Source: an uncultured Chlamydiae bacterium
GTDB lineage: Bacteria > Chlamydiota > Chlamydiia > Chlamydiales > JAJFMA01
Length of the DNA stretch: 64,000 bases
Assembly (NCBI GenBank): GCA_963713615.1
Contig: CAVQMM010000001.1
Coordinates: 3,808,001-3,872,000 of the forward strand
Reading direction: 5' to 3'
Shown here piece by piece: positions 1 through 11,028 of this stretch; the first letter of the stretch is position 1, and each line of letters begins with the position of its first letter. The notes beneath the pieces are model-generated. The model did not search any database. It was given only the letters and a program-made list of their open reading frames with translations, and was not told the origin of the DNA. The position numbers were made by a program, and so were the translations under genes.

Positions 1-1877
1 GTCTTCAGCGATGCACGCTGATCATGGGGTTTCAAAGCCACCAGATTTTGTGCTTTGCGGTATTCGGAATAGGAACTCATGGCAACGATCTTGTCAACTC
101 CTGGATGAGCCTTTAGAATATCTGTCACCTGCTTTTCATATGTTCTCATGCGAATGGAAGATCCGGCTTCCATCGCTTGCGTATAGACGATAAAAAAGCC
201 TGCGTCTTCATCCGGTACGAAATCCGTAGGAATATAAAAGAACAAGAACACGGTTAAAACTAGGCAAATCAGTCCGACAAATAAGGCTTCATAGTACTTG
301 TCGATGACCTTAGCAAGCATTCTACCATAGGCATCGCTCATTTTTTTGTTCATGCGAGCTGAAAATTGGGACAGCTTACCTTCGTTGCTATGTTCGGGAA
401 GAAAACGACTGCACAGCATCGGAGTCAGGCTTAAAGAGATGATCCCTGAAATGATGGTGATAGCAGAAAGAGTGATGGCAAATTCGCTCAGGATTTTCCC
501 CATTAAGCCACCCATGAGAAGCATGGGGAGAAAGACTGCGATGAGGGATAATGTCATAGAGACAATGGTAAAGCTGATTTGCCTGGACCCCTCTAGAGAG
601 GCTTGTACGCGATCTTCACCGGCCTCCTGTCTGCGCACAATATTTTCTAAGACCACAATGGCATCGTCAATGATGAACCCGACGGCCAGCGTTAGGGCCA
701 AAAGAGACAGGTTATCCAAGGTGAACTTATAGAGGTCCATGACAATAAATGTTCCAACGATGGACATGGGCAATACGATGGAAGGAATAATGGTATCTAC
801 AAGCTTGCCTAGGTACAACGTGATGATGAGCACAACAAGGATAAGGGCTATGAGCAGCGTGATTTTTACATCATCGATCGAGTCGCGAATGGAGACGGAC
901 CGGTCATAAAAGACACTTAATTCTACGGCCGCCGGGAGTTCTTTCTTTAGGTTCGTCAATAGGTCATAGATGGAATCTGAAATCGCTACCGCATTTGCTG
1001 AGGGCTCCTTTTGAATGGCCAGGATGATTGCTGCTTGTGATTTGTCTTTTTCGACATATTCAACTTGGATCTTATCATTTTGAAAGCTCTCAAGAGTCGT
1101 GCCAAGATCCTGAATGCGAAGAGGGGTGCCATTGCGATAAGCGACGATGAGCTCATCCCATGTCTCTCCTGTGACGAGCTGTCCATCGACAGAAACGTTA
1201 GGAGCCTCTATCGGACCATCCAGCTGACCGGTGGGTAAGTTCACGTTACCCAGCGCTATAGCATTCGCCAGTTCAGCTAAAGAGAGATCATTTGCGACTA
1301 ATCTAGCAGGATCTACTTGAATGCGGATGGCTAAAGGCGAGCCGAACGGGGTGACTTGAGAGACACCTGACAGCATGGAAATCCGCTGCCCAATGAAGTT
1401 GTTAGCGTAGGTGTAGAGGTCATTAAGACGCATCGTCTTTGACGTCAGCCCTATGTAGATGATAGGCAACTCTGCAGGGTTCACCTTGCGGTATGTTGGG
1501 GCATAGGGAAGATTGGGCGGAAGTTGCGGTGTGGCAGTAATAATAGCGGATTGGACATCCTGCGCTGCTTCAGTCATGCTCTTATTGATGTCGAATTGGA
1601 CGACAATGCTAGTGCTGCCTAGAGTGTTGTTTGAACTGACTAGAGTTGCTCCTGGAATAGCCATGAGCTGCTTTTCCAGAGGTAAGGCAATAGCGTGTGC
1701 CATGACGTCCGGAGTCATTCCTGGATAAGACACGCTTACAGTGATTGTAGGATAGCTCACGTTGGGCAAGTTACTGATTGGTAGTCGCAGATAGGCTAAA
1801 ACGCCGGCGAAAATGATTGCCACCATCAGCAACGTGGTCATGACGGGACGTTTAATAAACGGTTCAGACAAATTCAT
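1..1877 (-). CDS. RND efflux permease, AcrB/MdtB-MdtC type (second subunit; runs off the window edge)
   Basis: ATG at 1877 reads MNLSEPFIKRPVMTTLLMVAIIFAG..., paralogous to the 1917..4997 ORF, and includes the VGFIIDDAIVVLEN motif. Absent from the ORF track, presumably because its stop lies outside the window. Confidence 0.9.
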   Translation of the reverse strand, partial: MNLSEPFIKRPVMTTLLMVAIIFAGVLAYLRLPISNLPNVSYPTITVSVSYPGMTPDVMAHAIALPLEKQLMAIPGATLVSSNNTLGSTSIVVQFDINKSMTEAAQDVQSAIITATPQLPPNLPYAPTYRKVNPAELPIIYIGLTSKTMRLNDLYTYANNFIGQRISMLSGVSQVTPFGSPLAIRIQVDPARLVANDLSLAELANAIALGNVNLPTGQLDGPIEAPNVSVDGQLVTGETWDELIVAYRNGTPLRIQDLGTTLESFQNDKIQVEYVEKDKSQAAIILAIQKEPSANAVAISDSIYDLLTNLKKELPAAVELSVFYDRSVSIRDSIDDVKITLLIALILVVLIITLYLGKLVDTIIPSIVLPMSIVGTFIVMDLYKFTLDNLSLLALTLAVGFIIDDAIVVLENIVRRQEAGEDRVQASLEGSRQISFTIVSMTLSLIAVFLPMLLMGGLMGKILSEFAITLSAITIISGIISLSLTPMLCSRFLPEHSNEGKLSQFSARMNKKMSDAYGRMLAKVIDKYYEALFVGLICLVLTVFLFFYIPTDFVPDEDAGFFIVYTQAMEAGSSIRMRTYEKQVTDILKAHPGVDKIVAMSSYSEYRKAQNLVALKPHDQRASLK

Positions 1878-1916
1878 AAGATATTTCTAAAAACTCCGTG
1901 TCACTATAATAACTGA

Positions 1917-4900
1917 TCATTTCGAACTACGCGTGAACCTCTCACTTAATTTTTCCAATTCCAGATACAGCACTGGTGTGATAAAGAGGGTGATAAGCTG
2001 GGATATTAACAAGCCACCAATGATAACGAGACCTAGTGGTTGGCGAGCTCCAGAGTTCGCGCCATAGCCCAGAGCTATAGGCAGCACCCCAAATATCGCT
2101 GCCATAGTGGTCATCATGATCGGCCTAAAGCGTACCAAGCAGGCGTCGATAATCGCATCTTTAGCGACCATTCCGCGCAGGCGTATGTTTTCTAAGGCAA
2201 AGTCGACGATCATGATTCCATTCTTCTTCACAACGCCAATGAGGAGGATAATGCCCAAAAAGGAGTACATGGATAAAGGCATCCCAAAGACTAGCAACAC
2301 CAGGAGTCCACCAAAAGTTGCTGGAGGCAAGGTTGTGAGGATCGTAATCGGGTGAATAAAGCTCTCGTAGAGGATCCCCAGGATGATGTAGATGGAAAAA
2401 ACAGTGACGATAAGTAAATAGCCTGAGGATTTGATGGATTCGTTGAACGACTGTGCTGCTCCGATAGGCTGAGCTGAAACCCCGGGTGCCACTAACTCCT
2501 GAGTAAATTGACTTAATTTTGTTAAAGCAGTTTCCAGAGGAACTCCGGGTGCAAGATTAAACGATACCGTCACCGAGGGAAACTGATTGATATGGTTGAC
2601 GCTAGTGGCTCCTAAGCCTTCATCCCATTCCATCGTCGCAGATAACGGTACTAACTCTGAGTTGGAAGGATTGCGCAGCCATATTTCGTTTAAGGTTTCG
2701 GGCTCGCGCTGGTACTCAGGATAGAGCTCTAGAATGACATTGTATTGGTCGATAGGTGTTTGAATGAGCGAAATCAAATTTCCTGAATAACTCAACGAGA
2801 ATGCTGTTTCGACATCTGTGGCAGTCAATCCATATTGGGAGGCTTGATCGCGCAATAGCTTGACATTGATTTGAGGGGTATCGATTTCCAAGTCGCTATT
2901 GACGCCCTGAAACATGGTTTCATGCTTCATTTTGTCAACAAGCGCCCTTGCAGACTTGTAGATGCTCTGCGCATCGATACCTTGCAGTGCAAACTGATAA
3001 GCCGCGCGACTTTCCTGTCCTATAGCCAAGTCGATCAATGGGATGTTCTTAATGAAACATTGCACCCCGTCGATTTGCCTTAACTTCTTATAGAGTCCCT
3101 GTATGACCGTATTAATGGGCGGTCGCGTATCCTGGGATTTGAGATGAACGTAATTCAAACCCTTGCGATACTCGCTAACAGAGCTCAATGCTACAAAGGT
3201 ATCCACAGCGGGATCCTTTCGGATGATATCCAGGATTTCATTTTCATAGTGTAGCATGCGCGCGGAGGATCCCCCCTCCATTTCTTGCGTATAGACAGCA
3301 AAAAAGCCCACATCATCGTCGGGTACAAAATCAACGGGTATATAGAGAAACAAACAGACAGTGGCGATAAGTGTTAACAAGCCGACCATTAATGCTGCAG
3401 GCTGATGATCGAAAACTCTTACCAACATCCTTTGGTATGCCTCACGCATTGAAAGATTCATCCTGTTGGCAAAATCGGCCATTCTTGATCGATGTTTATC
3501 ATGATTATTTCTGGCGGGAATAAACCGGCTACACAGCATGGGGGTGAGGGTTAAAGAAATGAGCCCGGAAAGGATGGTGATCGTGGCTAGAGTAATGGCA
3601 AACTCACTGAACATCTTTCCAATGAGTCCACCCATAAACAACATAGGAATGAATACCGCCAGGAGCGACATTGTCATTGAAACAATCGTAAACCCAATTT
3701 CTCTAGACCCTTCCAAGGATGCTTCTAGAGGATTTTCTCCCATTTCCACTCGACGGATAATATTCTCTAGAACGACAACAGCATCATCGATGATAAAGCC
3801 CACCGCAAGTGTCAGGGCCAATACTGATAAGTTGTCCAATGTAAAATTAAGGACATACATCACAATAAAGGTGCCGATGACTGACATGGGGAGCACGAGT
3901 GATGGAATGATTGTATCAGCTATTTTTCCTAGGAAGAGATAGATCACAAGAACGACAAGGAGTAAAGCCAGAAGTAGCGTGACCATAGCATCGTGAATAG
4001 CTGCTCGAACAGGAATAGAGTGGTCAAAAATGATGTGTGTCTCAATGGCAGGGGGAAGCTGGGATTTCAGCTCGCTCAATAGCTTATAGATACCCTCTGC
4101 GATAGCAACAGTATTGGCTGAGGGCTCCTTTTGTATAGCCAAGAGAACTGTCGGTTGAGAACCGTTTGCATCGACAAATTGACCAAGAATCTTATTGTTT
4201 TGGAAGTTCTCAATAGCCCTTCCAATATCCCCAATACGTACTGGCGTACCATTTCGGTAGGCGATGATTAGCTTTTCATAGTCCTCGGCATGGACTATCT
4301 CCCCATCAACAGAAATGATAGGAGCTTCCAGCATGCCATCTAGCTGCCCCGTAGCCAGGAACACATTCTCCTTTTGAACAGCCGTAGAAACCTCCGCCAA
4401 AGTGATATTATGCGTGACCAGCTTGGCAGGATCGACCTGAATACGGACAGCTAAAATGGAACCGTAGGTGGTAACCTGAGAAACCCCCGACAACATGGAG
4501 ATGCGTTGTCCGATTAGAGTATTCCCGTAGGTATACAGATCGTAGCGCGGCATCGTAGGAGAGGTAATCGCGATGAATATTACAGGCTGCTGAGCTGGAT
4601 TAACCTTGCGATACACGGGACCATAGGGAATACCCGGCGGCAAGTAGGGGAGGGCTGAAGAAACGGCCTCCTGAACATCTTGAGCAGCCGTCTCCATATC
4701 CTTATCAATATCAAACTGCAAGACAATACTAGTACTACCTAAGGTATTGTTTGAACTGACAATCCGTAGCCCTGGGATAGCCATGAACTGCTTTTCCAAC
4801 GGAAGAGCCACCGAGGTGGCCATCGTCTCTGGGAGAGCACCAGGGAACGATGCCTTGACATTGATCGTCGGAAAATTGACATTGGGCATACTGCTGATTG

Positions 4901-4997
4901 GCAACAAATAATAACAAACGAGTCCGGTGAATAAAATGGCGACCATGGCCAAGGTGGTCATAACGGGGCGTTTGATAAACGGAGCGGATAGATTCAT
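1917..4997 (-). CDS. RND efflux permease, AcrB/MdtB-MdtC family
   Basis: 1026 aa; FIKRPVMTTL N-terminus, GFIIDDAVVVLENI and RFRPIMMTT motifs. Confidence 0.95.
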   Translation of the reverse strand: MNLSAPFIKRPVMTTLAMVAILFTGLVCYYLLPISSMPNVNFPTINVKASFPGALPETMATSVALPLEKQFMAIPGLRIVSSNNTLGSTSIVLQFDIDKDMETAAQDVQEAVSSALPYLPPGIPYGPVYRKVNPAQQPVIFIAITSPTMPRYDLYTYGNTLIGQRISMLSGVSQVTTYGSILAVRIQVDPAKLVTHNITLAEVSTAVQKENVFLATGQLDGMLEAPIISVDGEIVHAEDYEKLIIAYRNGTPVRIGDIGRAIENFQNNKILGQFVDANGSQPTVLLAIQKEPSANTVAIAEGIYKLLSELKSQLPPAIETHIIFDHSIPVRAAIHDAMVTLLLALLLVVLVIYLFLGKIADTIIPSLVLPMSVIGTFIVMYVLNFTLDNLSVLALTLAVGFIIDDAVVVLENIIRRVEMGENPLEASLEGSREIGFTIVSMTMSLLAVFIPMLFMGGLIGKMFSEFAITLATITILSGLISLTLTPMLCSRFIPARNNHDKHRSRMADFANRMNLSMREAYQRMLVRVFDHQPAALMVGLLTLIATVCLFLYIPVDFVPDDDVGFFAVYTQEMEGGSSARMLHYENEILDIIRKDPAVDTFVALSSVSEYRKGLNYVHLKSQDTRPPINTVIQGLYKKLRQIDGVQCFIKNIPLIDLAIGQESRAAYQFALQGIDAQSIYKSARALVDKMKHETMFQGVNSDLEIDTPQINVKLLRDQASQYGLTATDVETAFSLSYSGNLISLIQTPIDQYNVILELYPEYQREPETLNEIWLRNPSNSELVPLSATMEWDEGLGATSVNHINQFPSVTVSFNLAPGVPLETALTKLSQFTQELVAPGVSAQPIGAAQSFNESIKSSGYLLIVTVFSIYIILGILYESFIHPITILTTLPPATFGGLLVLLVFGMPLSMYSFLGIILLIGVVKKNGIMIVDFALENIRLRGMVAKDAIIDACLVRFRPIMMTTMAAIFGVLPIALGYGANSGARQPLGLVIIGGLLISQLITLFITPVLYLELEKLSERFTRSSK

Positions 4998-6121
4998 TTC
5001 TTGCTTTTTGATGCTTCCGCGACAGTTAACCCTGGGGCAACATTGATTTGACCATCAACGATTACAGTATCCCCGGCGTGGGCTTGGGTTGATTGTATGG
5101 CTGTATACTCATCAGTTTTTGTGAGGACAGTGACTTTAGCTACCTGAGCTTTCTCATGCTTATCTACGGTATAAATATATGGACCATCCTTTCCTATGAG
5201 AACAGCCCCGGGAGGTACGGTTAATGCCTTGGGAGCCATCCTATGCAGCACCTTAACGCGTACAAACTCACCCGGCCAAAATTCTCGATTTTCGTTCGGC
5301 AATCGACCTTTCAATAAGATGGTTCCAGTATTTTGATCGAGTTGGTTATCGATGAAATAAGTCACACCATTAGCAGGAGCCTTGGGATTCTCTGGTAGCG
5401 TGACGACGAACTTCCACTCTCCGTCATCACCCTGAACATGCCTAATAAGCTCAAACTGTTGCTGAGGCAGTGAGAAAGTGATATCGATAGGAGAAAAGGG
5501 GCGTATAACAGTGATCTGAGTGGCATCATCTATAGCCAAAATATTGCCTACATCGACGTTATAGTAGCTTATTTTGCCAGAGATCGGGGCTACAATTTTG
5601 CAAAAATCCACATTGATTTGAGCCGCAGTGATAGACGCTTTATCAAGCTCAACCTGTGCGCGTGCAGCATTGGCAGTGCTCTGATATTGCTCATAATTAA
5701 GTATGGAAAGGAAGTCCTGTTCCACAACCTGCTTATACCGCTCAACGGCCTTTTCAGCATATTCAAGGAGGGCTTGATCGTGTGCCAATTGGGCCTTGGC
5801 CTCGTCCAGAAGAGCCTGATAGGGCCGCGGGTCTATTTCATAGATGACCTCGTTTTCCTTTACCAATGCTCCCTGTTGGACAAAAACTTTTATCAACTTA
5901 CCGGCAACTTGAGGCCGGATGTTCACCGTAACGGGAGGAATCACCTGTCCGATGGCATCAATATAGATAGGGACATCCTGCTCCTTTATTTTGGCAGTTG
6001 TCACATGCGGCGGAGGTGGCTTTTGCTTCTCCGCTTTTTTAAAGCAACCCATCAATACAAAGGGCAAGATGGCTATTATTAGGAAAAGGCAAGGGTGCTT
6101 CCTATGTGTTTTTAGGGTCAT
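4994..6121 (-). CDS. RND periplasmic adaptor (membrane fusion protein), MdtA-like
   Basis: Lipoprotein-like signal (LMGC), V.IRPQV.G and IDPRPYQA motifs; overlaps the permease start. Start codon uncertain (6121-6130). Confidence 0.92.
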   Translation of the reverse strand: MTLKTHRKHPCLFLIIAILPFVLMGCFKKAEKQKPPPPHVTTAKIKEQDVPIYIDAIGQVIPPVTVNIRPQVAGKLIKVFVQQGALVKENEVIYEIDPRPYQALLDEAKAQLAHDQALLEYAEKAVERYKQVVEQDFLSILNYEQYQSTANAARAQVELDKASITAAQINVDFCKIVAPISGKISYYNVDVGNILAIDDATQITVIRPFSPIDITFSLPQQQFELIRHVQGDDGEWKFVVTLPENPKAPANGVTYFIDNQLDQNTGTILLKGRLPNENREFWPGEFVRVKVLHRMAPKALTVPPGAVLIGKDGPYIYTVDKHEKAQVAKVTVLTKTDEYTAIQSTQAHAGDTVIVDGQINVAPGLTVAEASKSKK

Positions 6122-7625
6122 TAACATCATCTCTTAATGGCAGTTGATACAGTTGTTTAGGGGGATCTTTTTTCCAGTATCCACTTGTTTCGTGGAGCAC
6201 ACCGACCGAAAAGGCTAGATTAGCTAGCGCTGTGGCCCATTGCGTACGTGTCAACACCAGCTGAGCGCGAGCGTTAGCTAGGGAGGTCAAGGCTGTGAGT
6301 ACGTCTAGAATGGAGGAGGTGCCTGTTTTATATTGGATAATATACCCCCGGAAGGCGCGTTGAGCCGACTCGACGGCCGCTTGAGTCGAGGGCAAGGCAG
6401 CCTCCGCTGACGTATAGAGGTAGTAGTTGGTCACCACCTGCGTGGAAACTGCGGCTACCTGAACATCCAAATTCGCCAAAGCCTCTTCAATCTGAGCGCG
6501 GATCTGCCTTTGCTGGTTCATGTAGTAGTAACCTTGAAACACTGGAAAATTCAATTCGAAATAGGCTACTTCATTGTAGCCAGAAGGTTTCTTCGGGGCG
6601 ATAAAGCGTATCTGATTCCAGTTGGCGTTTGCCGTTAAAGTGGGCATGCTGTTCGAATAGACCTGGGCAAGTTGAGCCTCTTGCTGCTTAATTGCTGCTA
6701 TGGCCACACCAAGATCGGGGCGTCTTTCTTTAGCCAAGTCGAGCAATTCGCAAATATTTCCCGAGATCTCTATCACCGGTAACTCTTGGGGGAGATCTTC
6801 CACAGAAATGCAGGAATCTGGAGGCAAGCCAAGCGCTATCAGAATTTCGCCTAAGGAGGTTAATTCCGATCCTTGGGCCTGCAACAGACTGGCGCGTGTT
6901 TGCTCCAAATTCGTCTGGGCTAGCAGTATATCGGTTAATGTCGCCAGTCCCGCTGATTTCATCACCGTCGCCGCCTTTAGGGCTACTTCATAGTCTTGGA
7001 GATCTTGTTCATATGCCTTCACAAGTCCCTTGTTACCTAGCCATCCTGTATACGCTGTGAGCACGGAAAGCATCACTTGCTGCATCGTGTAGTTGTGCTG
7101 CCAATTGGATGCGTAGAGGGTCTGAAGAGCGAGCTCAGCAGTGGCACACCGATTGCCAAAATCTAACAAAAGGTAGGAGGCGTCGAAATCATTCGACAAG
7201 TTTGTCGAAGGGAATGAGCCATTTACCGCCCCAACGCCAGAGACAATACCCGAACTGGAGTTTGCGAAGGATGAACCTCTATTCAGCTGGGCATTTAGAC
7301 TGCCTTCATACAAAATAGAGGGATAAAATGTGCTCAAGGAGGCCCTATAGGCGTAGGCAGAGGCCCGTGCAGCATGCCAGCTCGCCCGGGTGGAAGGGTT
7401 ATTATACAAGGCAATGTCAAGGAGTCGAGATAAAGGCATCGTCCCAGACAGGTCTGTAACCTCAAAGGGAATTTCTACCCTCTTTTTGACAGTGAATGAT
7501 TTTTTGTCCCATTCGGAACCCGGAGAGGTTGGCACATCGTCACACCTGACCGGATCATAAAAAGGCTCACAGCTACACAAGAAGGTAAGAGCTGCTAGTA
7601 GAATGGTACCGCGGGCCATAATCAT
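6102..7625 (-). CDS. TolC-family outer membrane efflux protein
   Basis: ALYNNP, RRPDL and YKTGTSSILDVL motifs; lipobox-like FLCSC after the likely ATG at 7625; same operon as the RND genes. Confidence 0.9.
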   Translation of the reverse strand: MIMARGTILLAALTFLCSCEPFYDPVRCDDVPTSPGSEWDKKSFTVKKRVEIPFEVTDLSGTMPLSRLLDIALYNNPSTRASWHAARASAYAYRASLSTFYPSILYEGSLNAQLNRGSSFANSSSGIVSGVGAVNGSFPSTNLSNDFDASYLLLDFGNRCATAELALQTLYASNWQHNYTMQQVMLSVLTAYTGWLGNKGLVKAYEQDLQDYEVALKAATVMKSAGLATLTDILLAQTNLEQTRASLLQAQGSELTSLGEILIALGLPPDSCISVEDLPQELPVIEISGNICELLDLAKERRPDLGVAIAAIKQQEAQLAQVYSNSMPTLTANANWNQIRFIAPKKPSGYNEVAYFELNFPVFQGYYYMNQQRQIRAQIEEALANLDVQVAAVSTQVVTNYYLYTSAEAALPSTQAAVESAQRAFRGYIIQYKTGTSSILDVLTALTSLANARAQLVLTRTQWATALANLAFSVGVLHETSGYWKKDPPKQLYQLPLRDDVNDPKNT

Positions 7626-7644
7626 GTCACATCGTGTCGAGTCT

Positions 7645-8487
7645 TCAATAGTTAAAGCAAATTTGCTTCCCAAAGGGCAAATAATATTCAAACAAAACGA
7701 GGTTAGTGTTCTTCGGAAAGTTATAGGCATATACGCGGCGAGCATATTGGAGGCTCAGAGTACCCCAGCAATCCATTGAATAGCCGTAGCGAAGTCCCAG
7801 ATCAACGGATTTATGGTTGATAGGGCCATAGCCCTTAAAGTGATCAGGACGCAGCCGTTTATTTCCTGTTCCCCACAGTGTATTCACAAGGGCACGAATT
7901 TGCTGAACGTTATCCAAGTTCACTTCACAAGCTGCATCTCCCCGAACCCATGGTGATCCTTTGTCAGCAATACCTGACCCCACTACCGTCCACCAACGAA
8001 ATAGATAGTCTGCTGTGCAGCCGTAGGTCTCCCCATATTTCTTGCCCACGGCTATTGTAGCTTCTCCTTCAATATGGCCATGGTGAAAAGAACTGATGTC
8101 ATGCAAGGCGCGAGAGAAAGGTTCAATCCCAGTTAGACCAAAGACGATGCTTAAAGGACAGCCATCAGCTTCACTCCACCATTGATAGCGTCCCGTGAGG
8201 CGAAAGCAATCCCAACCAGGCCTTTGTTTTCGGGTATGTGCTGCTGTGGCCTCAAATTCACCACAGTATCTGTGGAATGGATATGCAACGCTAAGAGTCA
8301 CGAATTCATCGTTTGCAGTGCGCTTGAGGGTATGACGATCAGGAGTAGCAAACGAGTCGTAGTTTTGATAGAGGACTGTGGCCCTTATCTCAGCTTCGTA
8401 GTCCGTTCCAAACCAAGGCTTCAGATCTGTCGCTGTGCAGAGAAAGGGAACGAACAGGAGCAGTGATAGCAATCTCGTCTTTGACAT
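7645..8487 (-). CDS. Hypothetical exported, probably outer-membrane beta-rich protein
   Basis: Signal peptide after MSKTRLL, aromatic-rich alternating pattern; co-oriented upstream of the TolC gene. Confidence 0.65.
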   Translation of the reverse strand: MSKTRLLSLLLFVPFLCTATDLKPWFGTDYEAEIRATVLYQNYDSFATPDRHTLKRTANDEFVTLSVAYPFHRYCGEFEATAAHTRKQRPGWDCFRLTGRYQWWSEADGCPLSIVFGLTGIEPFSRALHDISSFHHGHIEGEATIAVGKKYGETYGCTADYLFRWWTVVGSGIADKGSPWVRGDAACEVNLDNVQQIRALVNTLWGTGNKRLRPDHFKGYGPINHKSVDLGLRYGYSMDCWGTLSLQYARRVYAYNFPKNTNLVLFEYYLPFGKQICFNY

Positions 8488-8691
8488 GTCCTGAGCCACA
8501 AGAATATTTTGATAAAACAAATCTTTATAACAGCTTCGGAGAAATTAGGCTTACAAAAAAGAATTGATCAGCTAGCAGGATGGCATGATGTTCCAAGCTA
8601 TTCGAAGGGCTGAAAATTGCAACAGGCCCGGGCAATGCTTCATAGGCTTTAACCTAACAGGCCTTTTGGGCAGGTCCATTTCCATCCATAG

Positions 8692-8937
8692 AAGGTAATT
8701 GCAGAAGTCTCAAAAGGGTTGCCTTCATGAGGCCCTATTCTCTACCGCTGAGCGGTGACCTAAAGGTAGCCCGGGGTTGCTAGCGCTTCGCGCTTGAGCA
8801 CCCCTGGCTACCTTCAGGTCACCGCTCAGCGGTAGAGGATCGTTTGAGTGCTCCGGAATCGCCTTCTCGCAAAAAAAAGGTAACCTTTTTTCCCAAGAAT
8901 CGATTCTCAAGGCCTCAAATAATTTTGCAATTATCTC
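8692..8937. repeat. Composite palindromic element: GGTAATTGCAGAA...TTTTGCAATTATC shell around a ~98-bp hairpin (8740-8837)
   Basis: CTCTACCGCTGAGCGGTGACC...GGTCACCGCTCAGCGGTAGAG inverted repeat; the shell motif recurs at 22271, 27907, 43181 and 50194. Confidence 0.75.
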
Positions 8938-9157
8938 ATTATGTCCATTCTAGCCAGAGCATAAATGGACTTTATGACGCTATGGACAGAAATGGACATT
9001 AATGGACTGCATGGACAAAATGAGATAATTGCCGAACCCACTCTTGGGCTTTCAAGAAGCAATGTTAGATTGGCAAACGGAAGCTGTTTCAACCGTTCTC
9101 GCAGTCGAGGAATGACTGCGCCACAGGGGAGCAGCTTTAGCTGGAGAAACTAGTTAA

Positions 9158-10096
9158 ATGACAATGAACGATCTGATCAATCGCCTACTGGATTTAAGCA
9201 TTGTCTTCTCTTTTGATCATTCCGGATTCAAACGCCACTGCCCTAATCCACGTGAGGTGGCCGATCTGTCGGGACGTCATGGAATCGTGACAGGAGCAGG
9301 CAGTGGCATTGGTTTGGCTGTCGCAAAAGCGCTTATTCAACAAGGAATGCACTGTCAGCTAGTAGGGCGGGATCTAGAAAAATTAGAAAATAGCTTTAAA
9401 TCTGATCAAGCCGCTTCCATTGCACAATGTCATTGTCTCGATATGGGCGATCTAAACAAGGTGCACTCTTTTGCAGTAGATGAAGTGAAAGCACCTACCG
9501 ATCTCCTTATTCACAATGCAGGGAACATGCCTGACACTCTCACAATCACCAAAGATGGGTTTGAGCAGATGTTCGCCTCTCAAGTCCTTGCTCCATTTAT
9601 TTTAACAAAGACTCTAGCTGATTTAGGCAAGCTTCGACGAGGTTGTCGCATCATCTTTGTTTCATCCGGTGGAATGTACCTACAAAAGCTTGATCTGTCA
9701 GATCTTCGTTTTGAAAAAAAACCATATAATAAATACACGGGCTATGCAAATGCAAAACGCGCTCAGGTAATTCTTTCGGAGCTGTTTTCGGAAAGATATC
9801 CGCAGTACTTATTCAGTGCTATGCATCCTGGTTGGGCAGATACCCCTGGAGTTCGTTACTCTATGCCACTCTTTAAAAAGTTGTTAAACAAGCGACTCCG
9901 TTCTGCGGAAGAAGGTGCTGATACAATCCTATGGCTTGCAACCACTCAGGGTTATCCAAATGGGAGATTCTGGTTTGACCGGAGACAAACGAAAACCACG
10001 ATTTTTAACTTAAACAAATCAAGCAAACAAGAAGACGAATTGCTGTGGAAGTACTGCGAATCGACTTTTGCTTCCATTGAGAGGCTATCCCCATGA
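9158..10096 (+). CDS. Short-chain dehydrogenase/reductase (DHRS12/retinol dehydrogenase-like)
   Basis: TGAGSGIG, HNAG, SSGG, YANAK and MHPGWADTPG motifs. Confidence 0.9.
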   Translation: MTMNDLINRLLDLSIVFSFDHSGFKRHCPNPREVADLSGRHGIVTGAGSGIGLAVAKALIQQGMHCQLVGRDLEKLENSFKSDQAASIAQCHCLDMGDLNKVHSFAVDEVKAPTDLLIHNAGNMPDTLTITKDGFEQMFASQVLAPFILTKTLADLGKLRRGCRIIFVSSGGMYLQKLDLSDLRFEKKPYNKYTGYANAKRAQVILSELFSERYPQYLFSAMHPGWADTPGVRYSMPLFKKLLNKRLRSAEEGADTILWLATTQGYPNGRFWFDRRQTKTTIFNLNKSSKQEDELLWKYCESTFASIERLSP

Positions 10097-11017
10097 ATCT
10101 ATCATTGCTTAATAGTCTGTGCTATACAGCTGGTTGGTTTTGGTGTGTCCTTCTCGGTATTCATGATCACACCTTTTTAGCCTCAATCGGAGCTGTTTTT
10201 TTAATTTTATTTCAGCTCTATTGTACTAAAATTAATGATGTCGCTTTGTACATTCAAGACCTACTCTTAGTCATTTTTTCCATTCCCCTAGGAGGTCTTT
10301 TAGAATTTATTTTTATTCAAACAGGCCTTATTCATTATGTTAACACCACCAATATACTTCCTCCAATTTGGATTGTTTTTCTTTATCCGCTTTTTTCGCT
10401 TTTGCTCAACCATTCCTTAAAAATCATCAAAAAACACACCTTAGTATCTTTCCTATTTGGGCTTTTAGCGGCTCCTCTGAGTTATTTGGCGGGTATGTCT
10501 CTAGGAGGGTTAACTTTTCCGTATGCACTTATCCCAACATGGATCATGATCGGAATCTGCTGGGGTTTCTTCCTTTGCCTTCTTACCAAAATCGCGAATA
10601 TCTTTGAAAAAGCCACCGCAGAAACGTTAGAAGACCGTGATTCAAAAACGATGTTGGAGTTGTTGTATGATGGTGAATGCCCAATCTGTAAACGAGAAAT
10701 TTGTATCCTTCAAGAAAAAGACAGTCAAACAAGAATAGATTTCGTCAATATTTCTTCAGAGGAGTTTTCGCCAACTAAGCATCACAATATTGATTATAAC
10801 ACCGCAATGTCCCAAATTCACGCTATTGATAGTAAGGGAAATGTTTTAGTGGGTATAGCAGGCCTTCGCAGCTGTTTATGCGCGCTGTCAGCTACTCGTC
10901 ACCTCAACATTGCTACGCGTCCCTTTTATGAAGAGTATCCTTAAACCCCTGTACACACTATTTGCAAAAAAACGTCTTTGGATGACAGGAAGAACTCATA
11001 CCAACCTCAAAAAATAA
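10093..11017 (+). pseudogene. DUF2878 membrane domain fused to a DCC-family (DUF393) thiol-disulfide oxidoreductase; frameshifted near 10860
   Basis: N-terminal PPIWIVFLY/APLSY and then YDGECPIC. The DCC C-terminus (AFAAVY...LYTLFAKKRLWMTGR) continues in another frame from 10862 to TAA at 11017. Confidence 0.75.
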
Positions 11018-11028
11018 CTGGGGGCCAG

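Noticed and set aside
346..732. Antisense ORFs within long genes (here and across RND, ftsH, pnp, alr and ffh)
   Set aside because: Shadow frames of well-supported opposite-strand genes.
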